Virus record (IMG/VR): IMGVR_UViG_3300020131_000006
Coordinates: 1-52,496 of that record
Direction: 5' to 3' (one strand)
DNA length: 52,496 bases
Origin: a virus
Lineage: Duplodnaviria > Caudoviricetes
Below the pieces are notes generated by a model that ran no database searches, was not told where the DNA came from, and saw only the letters and a list, made by a program, of their open reading frames with translations. Position numbers and translations under genes: made by a program. Positions 28,787-38,326 of this stretch are shown here, piece after piece (positions within the stretch are counted from its first letter, which is position 1; each line of letters opens with the position of its first letter).

Positions 28787-29043
28787 TATTTCATCTTTCC
28801 GGTTTTGGTCCTTGCATAACTACGATTTTTACTTGCAGCCATAACTCGCAAGTTACTCCGAGAATTTGAGCCGCCCTTAGAGAGCGCCTTCTTATGGTCT
28901 ACATCTTTCCCGTCACCTTTCCGGACGAGTCCCTCGCGCATAAGAGTACGCCTCGCAGCGTTACGTTTGGCCCTCCGTTTCTTAACTTCAGGCTTAGAAT
29001 CATATTTTTGTTCAGCTTTATAATCCCGTACTTTGCGAGGCAT
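28786..29043 (-). CDS. small basic HNH-like protein
   Basis: RDYK.E, GDGKDVDHKK.LSKGG.N...NLRV....NRS. Confidence 0.75.
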   Translation of the reverse strand: MPRKVRDYKAEQKYDSKPEVKKRRAKRNAARRTLMREGLVRKGDGKDVDHKKALSKGGSNSRSNLRVMAASKNRSYARTKTGKMK

Positions 29044-29060
29044 ATCTTATATCCATTTAA

Positions 29061-29270
29061 TTAAGCAGCGGCAATGGTTGCCAGAGTGTCACAACGTAAC
29101 CAATTAGTACCATTAGAAAAAGCTAAAACCGGCTGACCGGCTGCTCCATTTGATACATAAATAACGCCGCCTACATATGTGGCAGCGGCTGGTACAGTTG
29201 CTACGGTGTAAGTACCCGTTTGAAACACATCAGTTTTTAGTGCACCCTTGAAATATGTTGGGTTAGCCAT
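29061..29270 (-). CDS. small capsid decoration/fibre-like protein
   Basis: YTVATVP.A, IYVSNG..G...AFS.GTNW; follows the MCP. Confidence 0.6.
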   Translation of the reverse strand: MANPTYFKGALKTDVFQTGTYTVATVPAAATYVGGVIYVSNGAAGQPVLAFSNGTNWLRCDTLATIAAA

Positions 29271-29339
29271 TTCGACCTCTCTTCTTCTTCCGAGCCGGTA
29301 AAGGCTGTGGTGGAATCTTGAACGACATATAATCTCCTC

Positions 29340-29376
29340 AATAAGAGGGAGCCGCCTAAGCGACCCCCAATCTTAT
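29340..29376 (-). terminator. hairpin/terminator after the major capsid gene
   Basis: GGGGGTCGC-TTAG-GCGGCTCCC followed by TCTTATT on the - strand. Confidence 0.6.
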
Positions 29377-30288
29377 TTAAACAGTGCTACCGAACAGAGC
29401 CAGAGGATCAGTCCAACCGAAGGAATAACGCTCGAAACCCTTAGCTTTCGCATTCATGGTGTCGAAATCGTTATCTTGGTCAAACGTGATAGCCTCACGC
29501 TCGTAGTACTTAAGACCATTCGATACGTTAGTACGAACGAACCAAGCACTTGGATCGGAGAAGTAGTGATTCAGCTTGATGCCTTTCGGGAAGACATTCA
29601 GAGCTTTAACTACGTTGATATCGTTGTTAGCGTTTCCGGTTTGGAATACAGAACCAAAGATGCGATGGGCTTCCCACCAGTTAGCCGGAGCTACGTGGAG
29701 AGATTGACCCATAAGGTTGATCAACAGACCACGATCATCCTTTGCTTCCATGATTTGAGTTGCCAAATCTTCAATTGCTTGTTCAGACAAATCCGCAGCA
29801 ACGGACAGAACGTTAGAGAACGTACCGCCAGAAACATTTGGGTGAGCTGCATTAAGCAACGACACACCATCACCACCGACATAGTTTGCATCAAACGCGT
29901 TGTTGTAGATGCCTGCGGCAACACGTTCCTTCGTTTGACGGAAACCACGTGCCAGAGACGAGGCGCGGGTATTGGATACTTCGGAGTACAGATTGTCCTT
30001 CAGTTCTTCATGAGTCACGATATAACCCATTGCGTAAGCAACGTGGGTATAGCGAGTGATGAAGCCTTGAACTTCAGAATCGTACGTTACAGCAGCACCC
30101 TGAGGTTTTTGTGGAACCAGACCAAAGCCAACCAACTTAACATCTTCTTCATACGCCTTCTCGGACGTGAAGCTGTCAAACAGATCGGTATACTCGGTTT
30201 GGTGATCGTCGTACTCTTTACCCCACCACGCCTTGACACCGGGCCAAAGGGCTTTTGGGTGTAAACTAGTATTAATTACGCCAGCCAT
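29377..30288 (-). CDS. major capsid protein
   Basis: KALWPG, S.KAYEE, G.AVTYD, RYTH, DNLY, GGDGVSL...HP, DFDT.N.K.K..ERYSFGWTD. Confidence 0.85.
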   Translation of the reverse strand: MAGVINTSLHPKALWPGVKAWWGKEYDDHQTEYTDLFDSFTSEKAYEEDVKLVGFGLVPQKPQGAAVTYDSEVQGFITRYTHVAYAMGYIVTHEELKDNLYSEVSNTRASSLARGFRQTKERVAAGIYNNAFDANYVGGDGVSLLNAAHPNVSGGTFSNVLSVAADLSEQAIEDLATQIMEAKDDRGLLINLMGQSLHVAPANWWEAHRIFGSVFQTGNANNDINVVKALNVFPKGIKLNHYFSDPSAWFVRTNVSNGLKYYEREAITFDQDNDFDTMNAKAKGFERYSFGWTDPLALFGSTV

Positions 30289-30304
30289 TTTTTATTCTCC
30301 TAAA

Positions 30305-30943
30305 TTAAACACCAACGGTATTGTTAGCCAGTTCATGTTGATTAATCTTAACATAAACACGGGCATTCGTACCGGGCGTAGCAGTATCATTGTCAGGACG
30401 TGCTGGAGAACCTACGATCTTCAGGGGAAGAGCTTGAGTTACTGCGGCGGCGGAACCTTGGACATACGATGCAGATTGATTAACAGGTGCAGTAGGTGCA
30501 TTGGCTACAAACAACGGAGCATTCTTGTTGTATGCAGTCGAAGCAAACGTATCTGCCTGTGCTTCATAAATTACAGTAGGGTCATCGCAAACCCAAACAT
30601 AATAGTCCTTAGTCTTGGTAGCCGGAATATATACAATATTCAGGTTATCAGGGTCAAAAGCTTGTGGGGAACTACCACCGGGAGTCGAAACAGAACTACC
30701 TACACCGACTAGAACACCACGAAGGTTCCCAGTAGTGAGAGCAGCGTTACGAGTACCAGCAAGAGTTACGGCGGGAACACCAGCAGTAAGACTACCACCC
30801 GCAGCAGACTTAACAGCATCACCGAGGTAATATGCGTTAGTGTCAGCTTGGGGGATAAGATACATGTTCATTGCACCGTTCCAAGACGAGCCGTCAACAT
30901 GCTTTACTGGCTTTAACCCGAAAGGGGCGCTTGCATTAGCCAT
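30305..30943 (-). CDS. capsid-associated (minor capsid/cement) protein
   Basis: MAN..APFGLKPV, GD.V, V.DDP...YE.Q, V.IN.H; directly upstream of the MCP. Confidence 0.65.
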   Translation of the reverse strand: MANASAPFGLKPVKHVDGSSWNGAMNMYLIPQADTNAYYLGDAVKSAAGGSLTAGVPAVTLAGTRNAALTTGNLRGVLVGVGSSVSTPGGSSPQAFDPDNLNIVYIPATKTKDYYVWVCDDPTVIYEAQADTFASTAYNKNAPLFVANAPTAPVNQSASYVQGSAAAVTQALPLKIVGSPARPDNDTATPGTNARVYVKINQHELANNTVGV

Positions 30944-30954
30944 TATTTATTCCT

Positions 30955-31362
30955 TTATTTTCGTTGAATTTTGATTCCTCCCGGTGGCACATAACTATTA
31001 GAAACTCCAATATTGCCGCCCTTAATGGCACGTTCAATATTCTCGTTATGTTCACGCTTGATAGCGTCATCTTCTAGTTTCCATTCCGTCGGGATTTTCA
31101 TTAGATAAGCATACATTGCAGAGCCGTCTTTGTGATCCCCAACCAGTACCTTCACTTTGTCGTCGTCAGTTGCTCGTTCTCCCACTTCTTCGGGAGCGAC
31201 AAAACTATAGCCTCGATCTTCATATTCCTTGATACGACCACCAACATCATTGATGTAAGCAAGTTCGTGTCCGGGAATAGTATTCTTAACTACTAGTTTT
31301 TGTGCTTTAGAGCCATACTTAATACGTTGGCGTTCTAGGGTTGGTTTCTTGTTCTCTGCCAT
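30955..31362 (-). CDS. conserved head-module hypothetical protein
   Basis: PG......IND...RI......GY.FV, AYLMKIP.EW; probable ATG 31362. Confidence 0.65.
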   Translation of the reverse strand: MAENKKPTLERQRIKYGSKAQKLVVKNTIPGHELAYINDVGGRIKEYEDRGYSFVAPEEVGERATDDDKVKVLVGDHKDGSAMYAYLMKIPTEWKLEDDAIKREHNENIERAIKGGNIGVSNSYVPPGGIKIQRK

Positions 31363-31366
31363 TTTC

Positions 31367-32161
31367 TTATTCTCCATCAAAGTAATCTGCGACATATTGT
31401 TCACGTGTCAGAAGCTTCTGCTTCACGTACCTGTCACAGGCGATCTTGGCGTCAGCCGGAAGATCATTATATGTTTTCTTCTTGTTTTGGGATGGGCGGG
31501 ATTCACCAGAACCTGCAACTGCTGAGGCTGCGGCACGAGCATCTTGGAAAGCATCTGGACGGGCTTTCTTAACCTTCTTGACAACTTCCTCAAGAAACTC
31601 AAGACCAACCAAGTCAGGATTCTTTGCCTTAATTGCTTCACCGAAATCACCAGCTAGTTCCGTTAGTTCAGCATCAGAACCATACCAATCATTTTCTTTT
31701 GTCCAGTTCTGCCACTCGGCCTGAGTGAGAGCTGGCTTTTCTTCTTTAGGCTTGACTTCAGGGACTGTAGGAGTCTTTTGAGCTTCTTTCAGACTTTCGA
31801 TCTGCTCTTCAATCTCAACCACCCTGTCACCATCACTCTGTTCAATAGCTACTTTCTTTGCATCCTTTAGCTCTGCGAGTGCTCGTTCATAAGCCCTCTT
31901 TTCTGTTTCTTGGTGATACTTAGCAAACTCTGCAACAGTTGCTCGAATCTCTGCGATCTCTGCATCCTTTTGCTGTAGCTTGGTAAGAATCTTCTCATTC
32001 TCTTTTCGAAGGAAACCATTGATCTCCTTACCGCGACGCATGAATGTTTCTGCGTCCTTCCAATCATCTGGATTACCATTGAAGTCATCCTTAGGAACCC
32101 ATCCAAGTTCTTTGGCTTCAAGTTCTACTGGAGTAAACTCAACTGTGTTATCTTCACTCAT
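31367..32161 (-). CDS. scaffolding protein
   Basis: A..LGW.PK..F.G...W.DA..F, long coiled coil, W...N.WY; lies between portal and capsid. Confidence 0.7.
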   Translation of the reverse strand: MSEDNTVEFTPVELEAKELGWVPKDDFNGNPDDWKDAETFMRRGKEINGFLRKENEKILTKLQQKDAEIAEIRATVAEFAKYHQETEKRAYERALAELKDAKKVAIEQSDGDRVVEIEEQIESLKEAQKTPTVPEVKPKEEKPALTQAEWQNWTKENDWYGSDAELTELAGDFGEAIKAKNPDLVGLEFLEEVVKKVKKARPDAFQDARAAASAVAGSGESRPSQNKKKTYNDLPADAKIACDRYVKQKLLTREQYVADYFDGE

Positions 32162-32474
32162 TATTATCTTTCTCTAAAATGGCAAGTACATCTACATCAC
32201 GAATCAGACGGTAGTTTTTTCCGTCCTTCCCTATCCGAATCATACCGGCATACTTAGCCATAACAACTCGGTCCCCGACTTCACAACGAGCCTTATTTTC
32301 ATCACCCCAAGCCATATCACTAATCTCTATTACGATAGCATCTGTTTGGGCTAATTCATGACGCTCATGTTCACCATCGGTATACAGTACAATTCCAGAC
32401 TCTGTTTCCTTTGCTACTTGTTCTGGAAGAACTAAGATTGAAACTCCTACTGGTTTGATTCCTGAATTATTCAC
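32154..32474 (-). CDS. groES: GroES-like co-chaperonin
   Basis: IKPVG..ILV, ETESGIVL mobile loop, VGDRV...KYAG, DGKNYRLIRDVDVLAIL. Confidence 0.85.
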   Translation of the reverse strand: MNNSGIKPVGVSILVLPEQVAKETESGIVLYTDGEHERHELAQTDAIVIEISDMAWGDENKARCEVGDRVVMAKYAGMIRIGKDGKNYRLIRDVDVLAILEKDNNE

Positions 32475-32715
32475 TCATAAACTCCATTATCTTTTCGTAA
32501 GAACATTGCTCACTATCTAGTAAATACTTTAGGACTTCTGCCTTACCTATTGCTGATGCATTCTTTTGTAGAGAAGCATCACCATCATATGCGGTATAGG
32601 CACCGTCAGACCATTGTTCCTTTATATCTTCCAACATCTTTCGTAGAAAAGCTTGGTAAAACTGGAACTCCTCACTCTTTACTAGGCTTTGAAAGCTTTG
32701 CTTGTCTATCAACAT
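32467..32715 (-). CDS. hypothetical protein
   Basis: 82-aa ORF between portal and GroES. Confidence 0.6.
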   Translation of the reverse strand: MLIDKQSFQSLVKSEEFQFYQAFLRKMLEDIKEQWSDGAYTAYDGDASLQKNASAIGKAEVLKYLLDSEQCSYEKIMEFMSE

Positions 32716-34735
32716 CTATTTTTTCCTTCTCTAGGTTCATTTTCTGGAAGTCTTTCATATGGTCCATGACCATCTTAATACCATCTTGCTTCTGCTTCAT
32801 CAAAGACACAGCCTGTTGCAATGCAGCAATCTGTTGTCCTGATTCAATGCTCTCTGCCTCTGCCAAGAGTTTAGCTGATTCAGCTTCTTTCTTAGCAATT
32901 TCAGCAGCGATATACTGAACTTCTTGTTGCAACTCAAACATCTTAAGTTGCATATTGGCTTGGAATTCCTTGTCTTTCTGTTGTATCTTAGCGAATTCAA
33001 CAGCAATCTTAGGCTCTGGGCCTTGCTCTGGTAGAGCATTTGGTCCTTTAGGATCAGGGAAGAAGCTCTCTACGTCCGGAACCTTCATAGCTTCTAGGAA
33101 GTTACGTTCCACGTTGTAGGTGTTATATCCCGGAGTAGTTGCAGCAGCTTCCTTAATCAACATTGCAGTTTGAATCTTCTGTTCATCGGTAATGAGGTTA
33201 GGATCAGCAGCAGGAACTACATCACGACCATCTCCACTAAAGTCAGAGGCGAATACAACATTTGCTCCATCATTAATCAGAGAGTAGAACTCTTGTTCAT
33301 CCTGTACGAAAATAGAATTCAGCTTATATAGCTTACGGAATTCTTCCTTAAGGGCACGGTAGGTCCGCTTAAATACAGCGTTGAATATACGTTGCCCTTC
33401 CGCAATCATGTTACGAGAGGTTTCTGCCGGTGTATTCTGCCCCGGATTAACCCCTACTAGCGGGTCTACAGCCATACCAATTCTCTCACCATAGTCAATG
33501 AGAAGACTTAAGGTTTGGTAGAGAACCATACTAGGTTCGCGTACAGGGAGTGGGAACACACCCTTATGTAAATCTTCACCAGTCGAATCTACTCTTTTCC
33601 ATTCGAACGGACGGAAAGAGTTATCACCAGACCTAAACTTAACGCCACGCCCAAGGAAACCACCTGCGGTATTACTAAGGGTTCCTGCATCAACCAACTG
33701 ATTAAGAATTGAATTGATAGACTCGTTAATAGGCCCAAGGAGAACGCCGAACCCAAGGTCATAGATGCCTCCATCTGGGGAAGGAATGAATGGGAATTTA
33801 GTATAGAAGTGGTTTGCAGCAATGTAAGAGACTTCGCCCTTAGCGTTTTTCTCTACGCCAGACTTATTAAAGCGAGCTACAATACGCAAGACTTGTTCAT
33901 TATCACGCAAAACAGTGACAATGTAGGGCTCATCAAAGCCGTCGCCGTCCAAATCAAGCCAACGATGCTGTTCCAGCACGTCATACGGTTTATCAGACTC
34001 ATTAGCAGGGTCTACAAGACCTTGAGCCTCATCACGAGCGGCATCAATAGGAGAATCATTATTCATCTGGTTGGATACATGACAATCTGCCTCTAAATAG
34101 ATGCCTTTACGGTACTTCTGGACGAGTTCATTCTTCCGCATATACAGATGTTGCGTAATGCGGCTTGCTTTTTCAAGACTGGGAGCGAAATACGGGATGT
34201 AGAGGTCCTTAGGAAGGACCAATTCAGAGACATTATGACGCAAAGAAGGGTCATAATAGGTCTTTTTGAAGGCGCAGCCAAGGATAGCTTGTACGATAAG
34301 TACTTTATCCATGTTTTCTTCCCAACACTCGTCCTGTTCAAGCACTTGATAGGACATATATTGAGAGATACGGCTGGCACGAGCAGCTTTTTCACCAGTT
34401 GGGTCAGTGCCGATTACTCGGGCTTTGACTACTGAAGTGCTTGGAATGAGTGCTGGATAGGCACGAGATTGGTATTGTAGGGCCGCAATGGTGAGCAATG
34501 GGAACTTAACGTTACTAGCACCCTCCCAAGGGAAGGTTTTCTCGTCCATGACTTGCAGAGCCAACTTATAGGCTTCCGCTGTGCGGTCATCCCATTCAGA
34601 ACGGCTCTGTTTGTCCACTTCCCAATCGGCTACAACACACTGTCCGATTTTACGTAAGTCTTCCTCCGTCATTTTCTCGGCTAGATTAGGAGACTTAACA
34701 ATCTCAGAAATAGTAAATTTGGTTTCTAATTCCAT
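32672..34735 (-). CDS. portal protein
   Basis: SR.EW, PWEGASNV..PLL, G.AFKK.YYD, QLVDAGTL.N..GGF; C-terminal coiled coil; follows the terminase. Confidence 0.85.
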   Translation of the reverse strand: MELETKFTISEIVKSPNLAEKMTEEDLRKIGQCVVADWEVDKQSRSEWDDRTAEAYKLALQVMDEKTFPWEGASNVKFPLLTIAALQYQSRAYPALIPSTSVVKARVIGTDPTGEKAARASRISQYMSYQVLEQDECWEENMDKVLIVQAILGCAFKKTYYDPSLRHNVSELVLPKDLYIPYFAPSLEKASRITQHLYMRKNELVQKYRKGIYLEADCHVSNQMNNDSPIDAARDEAQGLVDPANESDKPYDVLEQHRWLDLDGDGFDEPYIVTVLRDNEQVLRIVARFNKSGVEKNAKGEVSYIAANHFYTKFPFIPSPDGGIYDLGFGVLLGPINESINSILNQLVDAGTLSNTAGGFLGRGVKFRSGDNSFRPFEWKRVDSTGEDLHKGVFPLPVREPSMVLYQTLSLLIDYGERIGMAVDPLVGVNPGQNTPAETSRNMIAEGQRIFNAVFKRTYRALKEEFRKLYKLNSIFVQDEQEFYSLINDGANVVFASDFSGDGRDVVPAADPNLITDEQKIQTAMLIKEAAATTPGYNTYNVERNFLEAMKVPDVESFFPDPKGPNALPEQGPEPKIAVEFAKIQQKDKEFQANMQLKMFELQQEVQYIAAEIAKKEAESAKLLAEAESIESGQQIAALQQAVSLMKQKQDGIKMVMDHMKDFQKMNLEKEKIDVDRQAKLSKPSKE

Positions 34736-36225
34736 TAATATCCTGTAAACCTAGAACGACCTTGCATTTCGAAGGATTGACTGAGCATGTCTTGATATTC
34801 TTCTTCGGCTTCGTCTTGTGCAGACGGAGCTTCTATAATCTTATCAAGAACTAACCCAATCCACGCTAGTGCATCTACTTGGTCATCATGTCTATCTCTA
34901 GGGAAACGAGCCATTTCATCCTCTAGAGTTGGATACCAAGTTCTATCTTTATCGAACCGAATACCACCAGCTCTCATACGAGCTTGTAAGCTTCGTGCTC
35001 TACTTTGTTTATCTTTAGTTGGGGTAACTGGATACAGGTTGATGTAGGTTCCTCTTTGGTTCATTTCCTTATTCAAGAAAGGACCAAGGGACTTCTGAAT
35101 TGCACCAGTTTCTACGATGAATAGTTCAGGTTTGTAACGATGGTGTACTGAGAACATTTCTTCAACAATCTCAGCAGCATCCCAACGACCACGCCTAATG
35201 TTGACTACCAGTAAATCTCCCTCAGAGTTGACCCCCACTGTAGCAATAACTGTGTAATCGGAACGCTCGTTAGTGCTAATAGCAAAGTCAACAGCAGAGT
35301 AATATTCAACTTTAGCTTCTCTATCGTCTTGCGTTAAAGGGAGAAAGTCATCACGCTTGAAATATGCGATAGACTCATCAATTGGATAGTTTAGGAACTC
35401 ACGACTGTATACATCAGACAAACCTTGTTCAAGAAACGCTTGGCGTTCTTTTTGCAAAGCACTCTTAGGCCATTGCTCAGGCCATAGAATTTTACTAAAG
35501 TCTTCATTGTGCGCCCTATACTTAATTGCAGTCCAGATAGCTCGATGGTCTGTAGAGTAACTCTTTAAGTCTTCTTCTACAAAGAATTGACGTTTGGCTG
35601 GAGTCATGATACGTTCTAGCAGACTATCCATGTGCAGGATTGTACCTACAATGATAATCTTACCACCTGTACCACGGGCCGGCATTAACGCACCATAGAA
35701 CCAACGACGGAATTTCTCACGACGGTCCCCGTTCATAACAGCTTCGTCGTTTTCCATATCATCGCAGATAATTAGGTCTGGACGGCGGTTATCCCACTTA
35801 AGACCGCGGAGCTTTTGTTCTGCTCCCTTTGCCATGATACGGAAGGTGTGTCCATCTTCCAACTCTACAATAATATCTGTCTCTGACAGCTTATTGAATT
35901 TCTTTACACCAAACAACTTTATAAGGTCTTCGTTCTCAATCAGCTCTTGCTTAATATCACCTAGAAATAGAGAGGACTGAGTTTCGGTATCTGAGCAGAT
36001 GATAACAAATCTATGCTCACGAAAGAGGACGGCAGCCAGAACATAGGAAAATGTAATCGCTGTAGACTTAGCATGTCTACGTGGTGCTGCAATAGCAATT
36101 TGCTTTTTGTCACTGCAACAGAGGTTCCACCATTCAAGATGACATGCTGGAGTGGCTTTAGGCTTATCGAACTTTCTTTGGAGACATGCCTGTACGAAAC
36201 CATGTATTGTTTGTGCATCAAGCAT
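34735..36225 (-). CDS. terL: terminase large subunit
   Basis: APRRHAKST Walker A, LRG, LIICDD.E Walker B, VGTILH, VDFA, SDYT, HDDQVDA; an alternative TTG start lies at 36237. Confidence 0.9.
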   Translation of the reverse strand: MLDAQTIHGFVQACLQRKFDKPKATPACHLEWWNLCCSDKKQIAIAAPRRHAKSTAITFSYVLAAVLFREHRFVIICSDTETQSSLFLGDIKQELIENEDLIKLFGVKKFNKLSETDIIVELEDGHTFRIMAKGAEQKLRGLKWDNRRPDLIICDDMENDEAVMNGDRREKFRRWFYGALMPARGTGGKIIIVGTILHMDSLLERIMTPAKRQFFVEEDLKSYSTDHRAIWTAIKYRAHNEDFSKILWPEQWPKSALQKERQAFLEQGLSDVYSREFLNYPIDESIAYFKRDDFLPLTQDDREAKVEYYSAVDFAISTNERSDYTVIATVGVNSEGDLLVVNIRRGRWDAAEIVEEMFSVHHRYKPELFIVETGAIQKSLGPFLNKEMNQRGTYINLYPVTPTKDKQSRARSLQARMRAGGIRFDKDRTWYPTLEDEMARFPRDRHDDQVDALAWIGLVLDKIIEAPSAQDEAEEEYQDMLSQSFEMQGRSRFTGY

Positions 36226-36970
36226 CCGGATTTCCAAATAAATCGTTTACTGTTTCCCCGAAACCCTCTTCGTCTTCCTCTTCAACTTCACTAAGATACT
36301 GGTCCTCGTAGGCATCTGCGGTTTCTTCTTGGGTCCGAATTTCATCTAATCTTACCTGTTCTACCTCTTGGGCTAATGAGAATCTACGGAAGTCGTCTCG
36401 GAGTTTTGAGAGGTGCTCGTCTGTGGAGACTTTTTCGACTCTAGATGTAGGTTTACCTCGTAATAGTTCTCGTTTGTCAATCGCAATTGCCGTAACCACT
36501 GTGAGGTCTTTTGCTTTAACTGGTACACGTACCAACTGACCTCGCTTGAGATCGTATAGATAATCCCCATGATCAATTCTATCATTTACGGCCTCGACTG
36601 CTTTATCAACAAGGTTGGTGAGTTTACTGTTTAATTCCTCGTCTTGTTCGTCATGAACACGAGACATAATCTCATTCCACCATTGGGTTTGTTTCCAACC
36701 ACGAATGGTAGCTTCTGGAATAGAAGTGAGTTCAGCAGTACGACGAGCATTACCAGAGACAGCGTAGACGCACACAGCGTTTAGCTTTTCTTCATCAGTG
36801 AAGTGATTCCTACGTCCCTTGACCTTACCACGAACGGGTTCAGACTTACGACGTTTAGCGACAGTGGACTTTTGACCACCCTTCTTCTTGAGAATGGATG
36901 AATCTACTTTGATTTCGTCAGGGAGGGAATCTATAAATTCTGGAGATGGTGCTGTTTGTTTAGCTGGCAT
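36218..36970 (-). CDS. putative terminase small subunit (HTH)
   Basis: GNARRTAELTSIPEATIRGWK HTH, DKRELLRGKPT; directly upstream of terL. Confidence 0.6.
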   Translation of the reverse strand: MPAKQTAPSPEFIDSLPDEIKVDSSILKKKGGQKSTVAKRRKSEPVRGKVKGRRNHFTDEEKLNAVCVYAVSGNARRTAELTSIPEATIRGWKQTQWWNEIMSRVHDEQDEELNSKLTNLVDKAVEAVNDRIDHGDYLYDLKRGQLVRVPVKAKDLTVVTAIAIDKRELLRGKPTSRVEKVSTDEHLSKLRDDFRRFSLAQEVEQVRLDEIRTQEETADAYEDQYLSEVEEEDEEGFGETVNDLFGNPDA

Positions 36971-37057
36971 TTTCTTATTATTCTTTTCTAGAAATGGACC
37001 CCGGTGTTGTTTATCTTGTCGTCATCACAAGGTGGCTGAATCCGGGAACAGCGCATT

Positions 37058-37143
37058 TGGTGGAAGCTGATGGAGTCGAACCACCTAGGAACTAGCCTGC
37101 TTGTGGGTTACAGCCACACCCCTTACCGTTCGGGCAAGCTTCC
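37058..37143 (-). tRNA. tRNA-Tyr(GTA)
   Basis: GGAAGCT/AGCTTCC acceptor, loop CTGTAAC, long variable arm, GTTCGAC, encoded CCA. Confidence 0.85.
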
Positions 37144-37148
37144 TTAAT

Positions 37149-37222
37149 TGGCGATGTGTAAGGGAATTGAACCCTTGCGACCTCTTAGACAGAGAGGGAT
37201 GCTACCTCTACATCAACACATC
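37149..37222 (-). tRNA. tRNA-Asp(GTC)
   Basis: GATGTGT/ACACATC acceptor, CCTCT-CTGTCTA-AGAGG, G73, CCA. Confidence 0.85.
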
Positions 37223-37226
37223 AGAA

Positions 37227-37303
37227 TGGTCCCCATCGGTAGATTCGAACTACCACTGTACGGTTTCTAAGACCGCTATCTCTGCCAATTGGATTACATG
37301 GGG
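37227..37303 (-). tRNA. tRNA-Leu(TAG), short variable loop
   Basis: GCGGT-CTTAGAA-ACCGT, GGTAG-TTCGAAT-CTACC, A73, CCA. Confidence 0.8.
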
Positions 37304-37305
37304 AA

Positions 37306-37382
37306 TGGTCTAGAAGGTAGGACTTGAACCTACGACCCCGAGCTTCCAAAGCTCTCACTCTACCAAACTGAGCTACTCCTAG
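37306..37382 (-). tRNA. tRNA-Pro(TGG)
   Basis: CTAGGAG/CTTCTAG acceptor, TAGCTCAG..TGGTAGAG D arm, loop TTTGGAA, CCA. Confidence 0.9.
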
Positions 37383-37410
37383 ATAAGTTATTTCTACAGC
37401 TTATATAAAT

Positions 37411-37439
37411 ATTATACCACAAATAAGGAAAAAAGTCAA
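37411..37439 (-). promoter_or_regulatory. sigma70 promoter for the tRNA/late operon
   Basis: TTGACT, 17 bp, TATAAT with extended TG, ~30 nt upstream of tRNA-Pro. Confidence 0.85.
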
Positions 37440-37975
37440 GAGATATAAGAAAATATTCTACTAAAAGACAGTAGAACATTAGAAAATATTAAGAAGGTAA
37501 AATATTTTAAAATAAGACATGAACTATTTAAGGTTTTTGTTGTCTAATATTTAATATATATATATATAATATATATAATATATATTAATATATAATATTA
37601 TAATAATATAATATTTATATAATAATAATATATAAATAATATAATATACTTTCTTATATTTAATTATTACAAGCTTGTAATATTCTTATTTATACTAATA
37701 TCCCCTTATCTTCTTAGAAGTAAGTACCTCCATTCTGTCGGTAAGCGAGGTGTCTAACCAAGGACCTATTCTAAGGGCCTACACCGAGCTTAAATATGGT
37801 TCCCTATACATACCCCTTAATAAATTAAAATAATGCGTTTAAGACCCCTTAAAATGAGTTTTAGCCCTATTTTTATATTTATATCTGTACCCAAAAACAT
37901 TCCCCTTGTAAAATTATAAAATTATAGCATTGAGCTATACCCAAATTTTTTAGTTCTGCTTTTTGCCCCCCCCCC
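37440..37975. other. AT-rich non-coding region between the divergent arms (candidate origin/genome-end region)
   Basis: About 100 bp of pure A/T near 37545-37648, several CCCCTT repeats and a C10 run. Confidence 0.55.
37666..37681. repeat. 16-bp palindromic motif, copy 3
   Basis: ATTACAAGCTTGTAAT. Confidence 0.8.
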
Positions 37976-38180
37976 TGCCTGTGCTGCTCGCTCGCATGGC
38001 GCTCGTTCCATATGCCTTATATGTGCTCATCATGGGCTGATTCTTATTGTGTCTAGCCTATTGATGGTGAAGTATTACACGCTCTCATATATATCAATAG
38101 CTTACATACATACTACATATTGTGGTTGATACACAACAACAACACTACATATGGTATGCGCTACCAGGTAACACATGCTG

Positions 38181-38196
38181 GTTACAAGGTTGTAAC
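38181..38196. repeat. 16-bp palindromic motif, copy 4
   Basis: GTTACAAGGTTGTAAC. Confidence 0.85.
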
Positions 38197-38326
38197 AGTG
38201 GAGTGTATGAATAGAGGATGAGATAATAGTTGACACACACTTATATATGTATGCTAGAGTGTGGTTGCGTTGATGTTGGAATGTAAATGAAACATCTACT
38301 AACAACACTAGATAGAAAGGTTAATC

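Noticed and set aside
29476-30264. 262-aa + strand ORF opposite the major capsid gene
   Set aside because: Antisense shadow of a strongly codon-biased gene; no RBS or recognisable motif. The same applies to the other antisense ORFs in the track.
36888-37313. + strand ORFs of 60 and 70 aa
   Set aside because: They are antisense to the small terminase start and the tRNA genes.
38230-38260. sigma70 promoter at TTGACA 38230
   Set aside because: The best -10 (TAGAGT) is 19 bp away; plausible as an extended -10 early promoter but too weak to call.
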